Source: Octopus vulgaris
Taxonomy: Eukaryota
DNA: 64,000 nt
Assembly: GCA_951406725.2 (NCBI GenBank)
Contig: OX597819.1
Span: 116,188,001 to 116,252,000, forward strand
Reading direction: 5' to 3'
Shown: positions 1 through 12,961 of the stretch, piece after piece
Numbering within the stretch: position 1 is the first letter of the stretch
How the letters are laid out: each line of letters starts with the position of its first letter
Position numbers and translations under genes: made by a program
The notes under the pieces: model-generated
Databases searched by the model: none
What the model was told of the DNA's origin: nothing
What the model saw: the letters and a program-made list of their open reading frames with translations, nothing else

Positions 1-61
1 GTTGTCTTCATCATCATCATTATCATTATCATTATTATCATCATCATCATCATCATTATTA

Positions 62-113
<52 letters not shown>
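1..113. repeat. (ATC/ATT)n trinucleotide microsatellite
   Basis: Direct: catcatcat/tattattat runs. Confidence 0.95.
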
Positions 114-572
114 GACTGGACCGGTTCAATTAATCAGTGTCCGGTTTGATCAAGACTTCCGGGTAGAGAAGAACTGGGGGTGATGTGACGAGCAGGGTAG
201 CCAATCTCACCCAGAATTAGGCAGAGAGGGAGCTTTCTCTGAAAGTTCAGGCTGAAGTGGCGAATGCGTGCATCGCATCTGTTATCATCGCCTGACTGTT
301 TTCCATTTCCCTGCTTCGCGTCTGATAAAGCTGGAGCGCCTGCTCTCCCGCTTTCTGTTGAAGGGACGTGTCCCACTCGTCAGGCGGTCCATCTGAGGTC
401 AATAGCCGCTGAGTGGAAGACAGGGCATGTCATGATTACTGATGCGCCGACACGCGCTGAGGCTGCCACGTGTCCAGCGCTTTCTTAACGGTGAACAGGT
501 ATGGTGGCCGTTTGTCACACAGGATTTTCTGCACCTTGTTTCATTGACGGAGCTAGTCCTGGATCAAGCGTA
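114..572 (-). mobile_element. GC-rich relic, possibly the 3' end of an RTE-class LINE
   Basis: Minus-strand frameshifted pieces (DKRPPYLF, RG/QPQR, AIDLRWTA/DEW, EIGYPARHI) loosely follow the RTE C-terminal motif order and end in a trinucleotide tail. Weak similarity. Confidence 0.3.
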
Positions 573-1614
573 GACACACACACATATATGCAAATATATA
601 TATATATATATACATACATATGTGTTGGGTGTTTGTGTGTGCGTATATGCATGCAGTATTTATCTATACAAGCATACACATGCATATATAAATTCATGCA
701 TACGTAAGTCCTGGAACCCAAATACCTTTAGATGTCGCAGAAGCATTGCTGGGAACAAATTTCATTAAGGCAGGGATTTCGTTCCAGATAACTGTCTGTT
801 GGTCGTCCCTGATTTGGCCGTGTAGATCTCGATTATGTGGCTTGTGTAGTCAAATAAATGAAACGACGAAGAGCTTAATATCTATCTTTTGCTAATTTAT
901 GAGATTTGTACAATCTAGAATACCCACTATGTTTTTTTCAAGATTATACTGTTTCTATCAGAAATCCAAGTGACACACGTCAAAACGGTGAACCTGCATG
1001 GGCAATATTATGAATATTTTACAAGCGTTTTTGTCAGTTAGTCTATCTGCAATGCAATTCTGTGTTCAAGATGTCTGTATTCCCACTCGTCTGTTAACAA
1101 TGATATATTGCCTACTCTGAGTAATGCTACCAACACGGTGCTAAAAATATGAAGCAGCTACTTTAAACTCGGCCTAGGAAAGAAAGCATCATGAGCACCA
1201 ACTCAAATTTGAAAAAAAGTGTCAAATGCAAGGGAAAATAAGAGCCTTGTAAGCGTGAAAAATAGATTCGGAAGAAATATTGAGCTTGACAGACGGAATC
1301 AATTTACACAGCCTAAAAACGATATGTTGGTGAAGACAACATCATAATTTACTTTCGAATCTCACTGAAAGCACCAGATTGGTGGATGCCTTTTTAAGAT
1401 CGTTTTTGCAAAAAATGCCCGCTTTCGGTTACATCAATAATATTTACGAGGTATACAACACATAGCAAACGGGCAGAGTCGTAAGATGCTGCAACATTAG
1501 CAGATTAAATGTTTGTAATACATATGATCAACCGATTTGAATTTTAATTGTTTAAATTATACCTCGTTTAAATTAGAAGAATATTCTTCTTTCTTTTATT
1601 TTCGCCCTTTTCAA

Positions 1615-1862
1615 GTCTAGTCAGGCTCATGCGCCCGGTTTCCCGGTTTCTGTGGCGTATGCGACCCCCCACCCAGCTGGACGGGACGCCAGTCCATCGC
1701 AGCGTTATTCAAGAAACAAGAAGAGAGAGTGAGAGAAAGTTGGGGTGAAAGAGTACAACAGGGATTGCCACAACCCCTGCCGGCGTATGGTGGAGCAGTG
1801 GGTGTTTTCGCTCAATAAACACACATAACGCCCGGTCTGGGAATCGAAACTGCGATCCTCCG
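1615..1862 (-). mobile_element. tRNA-derived SINE, family C, tail type 2 (5'-truncated)
   Basis: Reverse complement shares GTTTCGATTCCCAGACCGGGCG...TTTATTGAGCGAAAACAC with copies at 14863 and 41029, and the CTGCGATGGACTGGCGTCCCGTCCAG...GAAACCGG tail with 40750. Confidence 0.8.
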
Positions 1863-1876
1863 ACTTCAATTTTTCA

Positions 1877-2372
1877 AATTTTAACCAATCCTATGCACTC
1901 TTTTGAGCTAAAATCATTTGCTGCCTCTAAAACTGAGACAACATCCTGTAACTAACCCTAAACATCCCCCCTAACCCTAACCCTAACCCTAAATTTTTTT
2001 TTTCTTAATTGTTAAATTAATTTAATTGTTACGCGTGTGAAAAAACTAAAGCAATGGAATTAAATTAATTTAACAATTAAGAAAAAATTTAGGGTTAAAG
2101 TTAGGGTTAGTGGGGAGGTTTAGGATTAGTTACAGGATGTTGTCTCAGTTTTAGACGCCACAAATAATTTTAGTTGAATGGAGGTAATCGATTGGTTAAA
2201 ATTGCCGAAATGCTCGGATTTTCAGACGAAATATCTTACAAACTATAGAATTTTCTCAATAAAACCAAGAGAAAATGATGTTTTATAAACACATTCTACC
2301 AGTATACGAAGTTTAAAAGTGTTTAGTTAACTAGAAATTGTGTTGACATCTGCCGTTCAAAAGGAAAAGATC
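1877..2372. mobile_element. Fold-back (MITE-like) element with internal telomeric hexamers
   Basis: Inverted arms ~1877-2028 and ~2057-2203; (CCCTAA)4 at 1969-1992 mirrored by TTAGGG units at 2089-2110; sequence continues to GGAAAAGATCC at ~2372. Confidence 0.7.
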
Positions 2373-3580
2373 CAATTTATGAACTTGTGCGGATGTTATT
2401 AGGGATAGTGACTTGTTAGAGCTATCGGAGGTGATCTGTGGTATTTTTCCCACCTGATTACTGTATCCAAAACCCGCCGGGGTCAGCTTTACAGTTCATA
2501 ACACCGAGGACGAAACAACTAAGTGTCACACGAAAATGAAGATGGATTTGATGAACCAGTGCCACCCCGCTGCAAACAAATTTAAGCTATTTTGCCTAGT
2601 TAGGAGTAAGTGCTATTATTATAAGAATAACCAGTTAGCAAGGATGATAGATAGTCGGACAGAATAAATTGTTTACTTCTTCAAGCTCTATATGATCTGA
2701 GTTCAAATCCTACCGGTGCCAAATTTTTCTAAACAAAAACAAGGGTGGTGAATCAAAGGAATAGTTAGAGTTTTGGAGAAACCTTTGTTGTTCGAAACAG
2801 TTACATTCTGAGTTCTAATCCCACAGGGGCCAACATTGTATTTCATCTTTTGCTCAAATACATTTCCATAATATCGGCTAATCCCCCAAAAGGCTATGCA
2901 TGGGCCTCAGTCAGAAACGATTTCTCATTGTTATTTATGTTCTTGTTATTGCTATTGTTGTTTACTGTCGTGTAATGATGACTTTACATTCTCCAATCTA
3001 TATTTTTATCACATTTTCGGTAATATTTTTTTCTTTACAAAAATATAAAAAGCTGTTTTTACAGTGTTGTGTCACGCCGAGCCATTACAAAGAAAGTTGA
3101 AAAATTATATTTAAAATTTTTTTTCTAAATTTCGAAGAAAAAAAAATGTCATTTTTCACCAATGTTCGATACTGTGTCGAATATTTGCTTGCCTTCTACA
3201 GAAAGTATGGCAGATAGGTTGAGAAGAGAAAAGGAATAAAACAACACATTTGCGTCTACATTAAAAACAAAATAGAATATGAGAAAGACTATTTTAAACC
3301 AAAACTCAGGAATTTTAAATGGAAAAGAAATAATAACTTTTCTGGTGATAATGATATTACTGAGAATAGTTTTCGTGATCTACTAATCAAAACAACACAA
3401 ACTAAGGTAGAAATATAACAACTACAACTATATCAAAACTTTCAGATATTATTTCGAATGAGGAAATTTGTAGACGCGCATGGGGTCCAGTTAGAGAAGG
3501 ATATCAGTGTTCTATCACTTTGGATTCTCATTTCTTGCCCAAGGAATTTGTCTAAGAGCAGACACAGTGAATTTTGGTAT

Positions 3581-4043
3581 CTCTTTTACTCTTTTACTTT
3601 TTTACTTGCTTCAGTCATTTGACTGTGGCAATGCTGGAGCACCGCCTTTAATCGGCCAAATCGACCCCAGGACTTATTTTTGTAGGCCTAGTACTTATTC
3701 TATCGGTCTCTTTTGCCGAACCGCTAAGTTACCGGACGTAAACACACCAGCATCAGTTGTCAAGTGATGTTGGCGGGGGGTGGGGGCAAATATAGACACA
3801 CAAACATATACACACACATACACACACACAGACACACACACACATATATATATATATGTGTGTGTGTGTATATTTTAAGGGCTAAAAACCACTATATGGC
3901 TGTCCACATAATGGTTTTTAGCCCTTAAAATATACACATGTATTAGAATTTTCTCTGATTTTTCAGATTTGTGTATGCTAGGCTACTGGTTTTAAATTGA
4001 TATTAATTAAATTAATATTCAATTTATCTCCCTCATTATTTAA

Positions 4044-4092
<49 letters not shown>

Positions 4093-4255
4093 CGACGGGC
4101 TTCTTTCAGTTTCCGTCTAACCAATCCACTCACAAGGCTTTGGTCGGCCCGAGATATAGTAGAAGACACTTCCCCAAGGTGCCACGCAGTGGGACTGAAC
4201 TCGGAACCATGTGGTTCGTTTGAAAGCTACTTACCCCACAGCCACTCCTACGCCT
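3581..4255 (-). mobile_element. tRNA-derived SINE family B with internal microsatellite and inserted hairpin
   Basis: Reverse complement matches copies at 12282 and 59253 (GTTCAGTCCCACTGCGTGGCACC head; GGTGCTCCAGCAT..CAGTCAAATGACTGAA tail; GTAAAAGA end repeats). Confidence 0.9.
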
Positions 4256-4497
4256 ATATTTATGCCTGAGAAAGATGGGAAGCGAATTTCATTTGTTTCC
4301 AAAAAATGAATAGTTGACTGAACTGAATGATGTGAGGAAAAGTGTAGCTTCCCTCGTAAGAGTAGGACATACAGCAGCAGGACATGAAAACTTTCAGTAC
4401 AGCCGGTTTGGCGTCGCCTATCTATCGTCGCTGATTTTAGTCTGATGTATTTGACAGACCGTTTAATGTTTGCCTCGTTTCATAACTCCTTTCACCA

Positions 4498-4531
<34 letters not shown>

Positions 4532-4714
4532 TTATGTGTATGATCATAAATCTTTATGAACACAAGAAGAGGGAAAGTGTTTTATGTCAATCGTCTTCAA
4601 TAAATAAACTGTTATGTCTATCGTTCTCCCGCCTGTTTCTCACTCTTTCTATTTGTATGTGTATATTTCTGTGTATACATGTATTCGTGCGTCAGTGTGT
4701 ATGCTTCTAGAGCC

Positions 4715-5105
4715 TAAAAAGTATTGTCGCCAAAAGACGTCGGATGTCCAGCGGCACCCAATTGTCTTTTGCTAACGTCAAGATCCGTCAGGTCTTTAAC
4801 ACAGGAAATGATGCAAAAGCAGAGATACTGCCTGACACATTTGCTCATATGATTGTATCGCATCTCATGGGGCAGCTAAATATATAAGGGTAACTACCAA
4901 GGAATCTGACAGCGATATTGATCCCACAAATATTGTCGCATTTGTAAAGAAATATGGCTAGGTGGTAAGTTTACAGGAGGCCCAAACTAACAAAATGTCG
5001 GTAGGATATCGGTACAAATTTACAAAGCATTATAACCTCTTAAGAATGGAGATACCGTCATGGGTTTCTACTTGTACTCGCAAGATCAATTCGAAAACAT
5101 TCATT
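4715..5105 (+). pseudogene. L1/Tx1-like LINE ORF1 (RRM-like) relic
   Basis: Translation YIRVTTKESDSDIDPTNIVAFVKKYG*VVSL...LRMEIPSWVSTCTRKI resembles the Tx1 ORF1 pattern (xYGxVxx...IPSxIx); in-frame stop. Confidence 0.45.
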
Positions 5106-5228
5106 CTCGAAGTGTTCGAAATACAGAGAGAAAGAGATAGACAGAGTAAGAGAGTGAGAAATACATAAAAATCAAATTACTCCACCCATTAAAATTACTG
5201 GTTCTGTTCCAAATGTTAGAAAAATTTA

Positions 5229-5245
5229 TGATGATGATTTATGAT

Positions 5246-5292
<47 letters not shown>

Positions 5293-5450
5293 TGATGATA
5301 ATGTTAATAATAATAATAATGATGATGATGATGATGATGATAATAATAATAAAAATGATGATAATGATAATAATAATAATACTATTAATAATGATAATTA
5401 TTATTATCATTATCATTATTATTATCATTATTATTATCATTGTTATCATT
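5229..5450. repeat. (AAT/GAT)n and (TAT/CAT)n microsatellite
   Basis: Direct; explains the poly-N and poly-I ORFs. Confidence 0.95.
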
Positions 5451-6215
5451 AAGGTAGTAAGCTGGCAGAGTTGCTAGCACGCCGGGCGAATGTAGTATTT
5501 CGTCTGTCGCTACGTTCTGAGTTCAAATTCCGTTCAGCTGGACTTTGCCTTTCAGCATTTAGGCGTCTGTAAATTAAGTACCAGCGAAATACTGGGGGTC
5601 TATGTAATCGAATAATCTACTCGCTCCAAATTTCAGGCTTTGTGCCTATATATTATTTCATATATGCACGACTGATTAAACTGTTATAAAACCAAAGTTG
5701 GAATACAATAAGTATCCTTGGATCCCAAGAACCCTGTTTTCTCTATTCGTCAGTTCAAATCTTTAGGGATAGTTCCTAATACATCTATAAATACAAGGGT
5801 TACATTTTTCTCACATTTTCCTTGGTCTCTGTAACTCAATGGCTAGATCCCGGTGACTTTGCGAGTCATCCTTTCAGAGTCGATAAAACAAGTACCATTT
5901 GAGCACTGGGGTTGATGTAATCGACTTGCTCCACACCCCACATTTCAGGCCTTGTTTTCCTATAATAGAAAGGATTTATTAATAATAATAATAATATTAT
6001 TAAGGATGTGATATCGCAGAATCATTAGCACGCTGGGCAAAATGCTTCGTATTTCTTCTGTCTTTACTTTCTGAGTTCAAATTCCACCAAGGACAAACTT
6101 GCCTTTCATCCTTTATGGGTCGCTAAAATGAGTACCAGATGAGCATTGGGGTCGATGTAATCACCTTACCCTTCCCCCGTAACTGCTGATCTTGTACCAA
6201 AATGTGGAACGATAT
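5451..6215 (+). mobile_element. Cluster of three diverged SINE family A copies (~5451-5647, ~5848-5975, ~6002-6210)
   Basis: Pieces of TTCTGAGTTCAAATTCC, GCCTTTCATCCTTT and GGGGTCGATGTAATCGAC as in the intact copy at 41812. Confidence 0.8.
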
Positions 6216-8084
6216 TTAATTTTTTATTTTTATTAATGCGTGGGTGATGGATTGACAGGATCATTAAATCGACTGAGAAAATTTAACGGTAAGTGTTCAA
6301 TTCCCCTTGAGGTCAGCTATGCTTTTCAACTTTCTGGGTTAGGAAATCAAACATATCAATCATGACTTCAGTTGATAGTATCGACTGATACCATTCCCTA
6401 AAAAATTTTGGCTTTGTGCCTAAATCGAAAAATTATTATTTGTATTATTTGCTGTAGCGCAGTAACTGCAACAACAGCAGCAGCAGCAGCGGCATTAGTA
6501 GTAATAGTAGTAGCAGCAGTATTGAAAAATAGAAAGAATTACTTAAGAAGCATGAAGAAAATCTCCGTGTAATATGTTCAATTTACATTGAATACTTCTA
6601 ATCATGCTGCTCGAGATACAAAGCATGCAGAGTTTCCAATTAATCAATTTATAGAACCATATAGGCATACTGCGCTAAGCATTTGCTTTGATAATATGAA
6701 GAACCCCCATTTGAAATCAAGATTTTTTTTTCTACGTATATTCTTTTATTCGGATATTGCATTCGATTCATGTAGAGGGTGAATACTATTTCAATTTTAA
6801 ATTTCTTTCTATCATTTACTTTCTGGCAATGAAAAACATGAGCAACAGTTTTTTTTCTATATTTTCCAATTGTACATAATAAACGCATGCTATGCTCGTA
6901 CAAAAGCGCTGTTTCTTTATTAAAAACCTATGTGATAATGTGTGACAATTGTTATTCAATGATATGGACAATTTCCCATCGACTAATGTACCGAAAAATA
7001 ATAATACTTGCTGCACACACACACACACACACTAACACACACACATACACACACACACACAAACACACACACATACATATATATGTATATATATATAAAT
7101 ATATATATATATATGTAGGTGTGTGGATATATATGAGCATGTGTTTGTATATATTTATATACACTCACTCAAACATGCCTATAAACACGCACACACACAT
7201 GTAAATGCGCACATATATTTATATATAATTACATACATAAATATATAATATTCCTAGTGAAATTTCTTTACTTGAGGCCGAGAGAGAAGGAAAGAAGAGA
7301 ACAGAAACGAAATTGCTATAAAACACTACTTTCAAATATGTCTGACATTTTGTATTGCACGCAAATAAATATGGAACACCATATGTGGCACATCTGTAGA
7401 AATCATGTAACTTTTAAAATGCTGATCAATACAGCTCTCCAAATTATGAGAGTAGGTATGTCTGAATGCTTGAGAAGATTATGTTGCAAAGGCAATGAAA
7501 TTCTGAGTTCAATCTCATCTCTAGGCACGTTGGGTAAGTGGTTGTCGGCCACAGTCTCAGGATCACCAAAGTTTTTGCGTGAGAAATTGGGTACAACAAA
7601 AAACTGCAATAAGCCCGTGAGATGGGCTAAGAACCAAAGAATAACACTTTTCGCGTAAGCTAATTGAACCTGTTGTTTTCTTTATGCTCGGGCAATATAG
7701 TTCACTATATTCTTGCCTAAAGATTTTTTGGTGTTGTGCTTTGGTAAATTCGCTCAGTGGACAAAATTCTAAGCGGCATTTATTTAGGTTTTACTTTCCG
7801 ATTTAAAATTCCCCAATGTCGACTTGAAATAATCAGCAGTTGAGCACTTCTTTTCATGTAGTCAACTAAACCCTTCCCATAAATTTCCCCGCTCTGTACC
7901 TATACATTATTTACACTTGATACCCACGGGCATATGGCGTAGTGGTTAAGAGTGCGGGGTACTCACAGCCGAAGCATTGTGTTAACAACAAACAAGATGG
8001 TAATTAATGTAAATAAGGTACGTAATTCCTCATTTCTTAAATATAGAACTGTACTCTAGCTCTCGTTTTCCGACGAGTACAAAG

Positions 8085-8450
8085 TATAAATACATACAGT
8101 GGGGCTACCTTCGAAACAAGATCACCAACTGAATGACCTCGGACCACTAAATATAGATGTGTTATAAATTAGCGAAACCAGGATGTCCAGCAAGCGTATA
8201 GTGACACCCATCTTTAATGGCTGCGAGGCATACACATCTAATTGACCAGACTAATTCGGGGAGAGGAGGAATGACTGTGTGGCTCCCAATGTAGAAACTT
8301 CTTGAGGTGAAATAGTAGGTTCGTTTACCTTGAAGTATAAAACTGTGAAGGCGATGCCTTCAGACTAGTGATTTCCTTTGCCCTGTCATACTCAGGGCAG
8401 CCATATTTGTAAAGATGTCTGGAAGTGATGTTGGTAACTTCCTACATAAA
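8085..8450 (+). pseudogene. APE-type endonuclease relic of an L1/Tx1-like LINE ORF2
   Basis: LNDLGPLNIDVL*ISETRM, SGRGGMTVWL and GDAFRLVISFA follow the APE N-terminal motif order (D-I-x-x-QET, GxGVAI, RLxxVYAP). Confidence 0.55.
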
Positions 8451-8904
8451 GCCTCGCAAACCTGAGAGGTTTGTTGTTGCCTAATAAATATTGAGTTAAT
8501 AACGCATTTCTACAAATTCAATGAACCGGTAAAATAATCTGCAAATTTTGATCTGGGTGATCAACCTAGAGAGAGTTAGTGGAAAAATACACGGATACTA
8601 GAAGTATAATGTCTCTTTTCTGTCGAGTAAGTCCTAAAAGGATAGGCATTTTAGTTAACAGATACTTTAGTTAACAGGCAGTCATATACAGGAGGTGGGA
8701 GTTTTGTTTGATGAAGGATATAACAACAGAATTGCAAATTTTTGTACAGAAATAGAAATAAAGAACCATAAGTTAGTGGAGCAATAAGTAAGTTAGAAGA
8801 GCGACAAAGAGATGCATCGCAATCGACATGGTCCAGCGAGAATAACTATCGAACATTTATTCAACTCTGAACATGGACGTTGCGTTGTCAAAGCTAAAGC
8901 ACAT

Positions 8905-9195
8905 ACTCCTCCTCCTCCTCCTCCTCCTCCTCATCATCATCATCATCATCATCACCATCATCATCGTCGTCGTCGTCATCATCATCATCATCATCACCAC
9001 CACCACCACCACCACCACCACCACCACCACCAAAACAACCACCACCACCACCACCACTACCACCACCACCACCACCACCACCACTACCACCACCACCACC
9101 ACCACCACCACCAAAACCACCACCACCACCACCACCACAACCACTACCACCAATAACACCACCACCACCACCACCACCACCACCACCACCATCAC

Positions 9196-9230
<35 letters not shown>

Positions 9231-9245
9231 CAATCATCGTCATCA
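8905..9245. repeat. Compound trinucleotide repeat (CCT)n(CAT)n(CGT)n(CAC)n(CAT)n
   Basis: Direct; source of the poly-H, poly-T and poly-G ORFs. Confidence 0.95.
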
Positions 9246-10967
9246 AAGTTTTTATTATTTGGACTACCAATCTCTTGGTGCCATATTTTCTGGAAATAAC
9301 ATTTGTACAGTTCTTCAGGCCAATCCATTAAATTTTCCTCTTGAATTTAAAGACACCTGCGAGTGAGATCTGTTAATCCATTTCCAACAACCTGTTGTAT
9401 AATATAACTCAATTTTACAACATTTCCTGATTCCTGAATCCAATATATTATCGTTTTTCTTTCTAAATGAATGCAAATCTATTTAATCGATAAGTGGGAT
9501 GAATTAATGACGAAAGATTTTGCTACGCAAACTACAACAGAGGTTAGCCAATTAATTGAAGATTTCGTTTCTGATGTGTTGCACGCAATTAAATTTCGAG
9601 TTTACCGCAATATTTCCGTAACACATGCAGCCATTTATGATGCCATTTATATTCTCATGACTTACCAAACACTTTCTCATTACAATCTTCAGTAAACCGT
9701 GCAACCTAATGGAGAAAGCAATATTAACGTATAAATAGTTATGCGGATAAATAATACCACAGGGACAAAAATACCCCTTTCTTTCTTGCGACATTAACCT
9801 GTATATCCCATTGGAAAAATGAATTTAGAGAGTTATCACCGTGTTGTAAAGAATTGCCTATTCAATGCGGAGTAGGAAAAGACATCGGAAGCACAACAAG
9901 CCAATCAAGTTAGAGTGAAAGCGTGCAAAACGTACGTAGCTAGATGAAGAATTTCGTGTTGTTGTTGACCAGAAGATGAATCATGAATGATGAGTGAATG
10001 CAGCCTACGTCCAGTGGGACATGCAAGATGAACTGATGGTCGGCCGGGCGATGTCAAGCATTTAGTGTAAAATTGCAGCTGGCACGGAACCATCAAGAGT
10101 GATTTGAGTCGAGAGACTCCGCCTTGAAAATGCTGTTAAAGGAAAGAAATGAGAGGAACAGAAATAGTATAGGGATAAAGATACTACTATATGTGTTTAC
10201 AAATTGACACGAAAAAGATTCATGTCAAAATAGTGGAAAGAAAAGGTGTAAGATTTGTAACAGGTACTATAGGTTGGAATTGCAAAGACATTTTGTAAAG
10301 ACAAAAACAGAAAGTTCTTTTTTGCCCCTATACCAGCTGAAGATAACCAAGGACAGTAGGCAGACACCACTGAGGAAACTAACCTGTTTTGATAGTTTTT
10401 AAAACAGCTTGTCTTGAAGTGTTAGTCGTATTACTCCTATTTATCTGTTCACGGTCCCAATCTCTCCCTGTATCTCACTAGATTCCTATACTCCTTCAGT
10501 TGTATCATATAAATCACAATTTGTTGCAAATTGCTAATGACCTTATATTAATTTACACTTAACGTCCTTAAAAATTAACTTAAGGCAAATTTACCTTTGC
10601 AAAAAGAGCGTAAATGATACAGAAATTCCGACCTGAACACTACTTGCCAATAGTTATTTAGTCCCAAGAGTGACATGATTAGGTCTGAACCTAAGACAGA
10701 ACTGATTCCAGCTGCGACAATCTCGTCTAATATTTTCTAACGTATAGCGTCTAGGAAAACAGTATCTAATGTCCTTTATAAAACACATTTCGATTTGATG
10801 GAAATTTGACTGTTGTTCCCTACATTGGCTTGAAAGTATCTCTTTAACACATCTGCATATTAATTGTTTCTGTTGATGTTGCAATTGCTTAGTCTCAGGT
10901 TAACACTGACCCATGAAATCGTCATTGCTCAGCTGGAAACTTACCCATCGCAGGTATTTCACATAGC

Positions 10968-11200
10968 AGGCGGTGAGCTGGCAGAAACGTTAGCACGCCG
11001 GGCGAAATGCCTAGCGATATTTCGTCTACCGTTAGGTTGCGAGTTCAAATTCCGCCGAGGTCGGCTTTGCCTTTCATCCTTTCGGGGTCGATAAAATAGA
11101 GTACCATTTACACACTAGGGTCGATATAATCGACTTAATTCCTTTGTCTGTCCTTGTTTGTCCCATCTGAGTTTAACCCCTTGTGGGTAGTAAAGAAATA
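10968..11200 (+). mobile_element. SINE family A, full length
   Basis: AGGCGGTGAGCTGGCAGAAACGTTAGCACG...GAGTTCAAATTCC (B-box-like)...GTAAAGAAATA; possible TSD AGG(T/C)ATTTCAC at 10952-10962 and 11200-11210. Confidence 0.92.
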
Positions 11201-11935
11201 GGCATTTCACTTATGAACATCATGTATCTCTCCAAGTATCGCGTAAACTTATCCAGGTAGTGCCACTTGCGTTCTCCAATTCGCCCATTTTCAAGACACC
11301 AGAAAGTTATTTCAGAGAATATTAAGAACTATTTCTTGCAGATAAAACAAACACTAGAGTGCATAGTTCTTCATTTACAGGAGCCTACTCTCACGTATAT
11401 CTAAACCACTAGGTAAACCTCTTAAGAATCCCAATATTCCCGTACTGTTTTAGGCCGAAGAGCATAGCCGCAGAATAATCGAGGATTACAAGTTTAAATA
11501 AATTACTACAGAGAGAAATGGTAAAAAGAAAGGACGATAAATCTGCGTAGTTTGAAATAAAACATTACAAGGTTTATTATAATATAGTTTCATAATATAG
11601 GCGTAGTGTCTGTATTATATTTTACATCAGACTTGTTGTTTAATAAGTGTTAGATTCTAACAAGAATTGTCCATATATATCATGTCTTTAATTTATATGC
11701 AGTGAAACTGAATAATTCATGATTCTCTTGTAATTTATCATTTTGCAGAATGACTTCTTGAGTCATGTTGAAACGAATATCATCTCATCTGTGCTGTTAA
11801 GCTTTTTTGGTTTATTGGAGAAAGTAAATTGTTCGTTATTGAATGTCGCGTCTGAAATGATGACGCCCATCTGTCTGCTGACAAATTTGTAGATGGTTGA
11901 CTAAGTAAATTCTTTTCAACATTTAGAAATTCAAT

Positions 11936-12003
<68 letters not shown>

Positions 12004-12039
12004 TATATATACATATATATATATACATATATATATTAC

Positions 12040-12072
<33 letters not shown>

Positions 12073-12222
12073 TGGCGTTACTTTTTCGCGGACATATTTA
12101 TTGTTTTAAGCAAGAATATTATTGACGGTGACTTCGAATTTTTGGCCAGTTAAGCCATCGTCTGAATGCTGTTCGATGATGGTTTAACTAGACATTTCTG
12201 TCATTAATATTGTTTTTTTAAG

Positions 12223-12281
<59 letters not shown>

Positions 12282-12287
<6 letters not shown>

Positions 12288-12680
12288 GTAAGTAGCTTGT
12301 CAACCAACCACATGGTTCCGGGTTCAGTCCCACTGCGTAGCACCTTGGGTAAGTGTCTTCTACTATATCCTCGGGCCGACCAAAGCCTTGTGAGTGGATT
12401 TGGTAGACGGAAACTGAAAGAAGCCCGTCGTATATATGTATATATATATATGTATGCGTGTGTGTGTTTGTGTGTCTGTGTTTGTCCCCATAGCATTGCT
12501 TGACAACCGATGCTGGTGTGTTTATGTCCCCGTCACTTAGCGGTTCGGCAAAAGAGACCGATAGAATAAGTACTGGGCTTAAAAAAGAATAAGTTCCGGG
12601 GTCGAGTTGCTCGATTAAAGGCGGTGCTCCAGCATGGCCGCAGTCAAATGACTGAAACAAGTAAAAGAGTAAAAGAGAGT
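12282..12680 (+). mobile_element. SINE family B with internal (TA)n(TG)n
   Basis: GGTTCAGTCC B-box-like head, internal microsatellite at ~12430-12480, tail ending GTAAAAGAGTAAAAGAG. Confidence 0.92.
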
Positions 12681-12802
12681 AATATATATATATATAGATA
12701 TAATAATTATTATTATTTGAGGGAATATTATTCCTAACTTACAGGGAAAAATTCAATTTAGAAATACTAAATCAAATTTCACAAAATATAATATATATAT
12801 AT

Positions 12803-12945
12803 ATATAAATTAGAAGAAACCACCTTTTATCAATTCAAAATATTGTTATTTAAATTTTAATATTTCTATTATATGTCATTTTCTAGCTGGTGTAATTTAA
12901 TTGTTCCTTTTGAATTGATAAAAGGTGCTTTGTTTTAAATTTATA
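12803..12945. repeat. Fold-back element between (TA)n tracts
   Basis: Perfect 20-bp arms CACCTTTTATCAATTCAAAA (12821-12840) and TTTTGAATTGATAAAAGGTG (12908-12927), extending imperfectly outward; related to 44311-44518. Confidence 0.8.
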
Positions 12946-12961
12946 TATATATATATATATA

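Noticed and set aside
1969-2110. Telomere or chromosome fusion site
   Set aside because: Only a few hexamers, in the wrong orientation for a fusion and part of larger inverted arms.
8812-9331. Poly-His, poly-Thr and Gly/Asp-rich ORFs
   Set aside because: They come from a triplet repeat open in several frames, with no splice or domain context.
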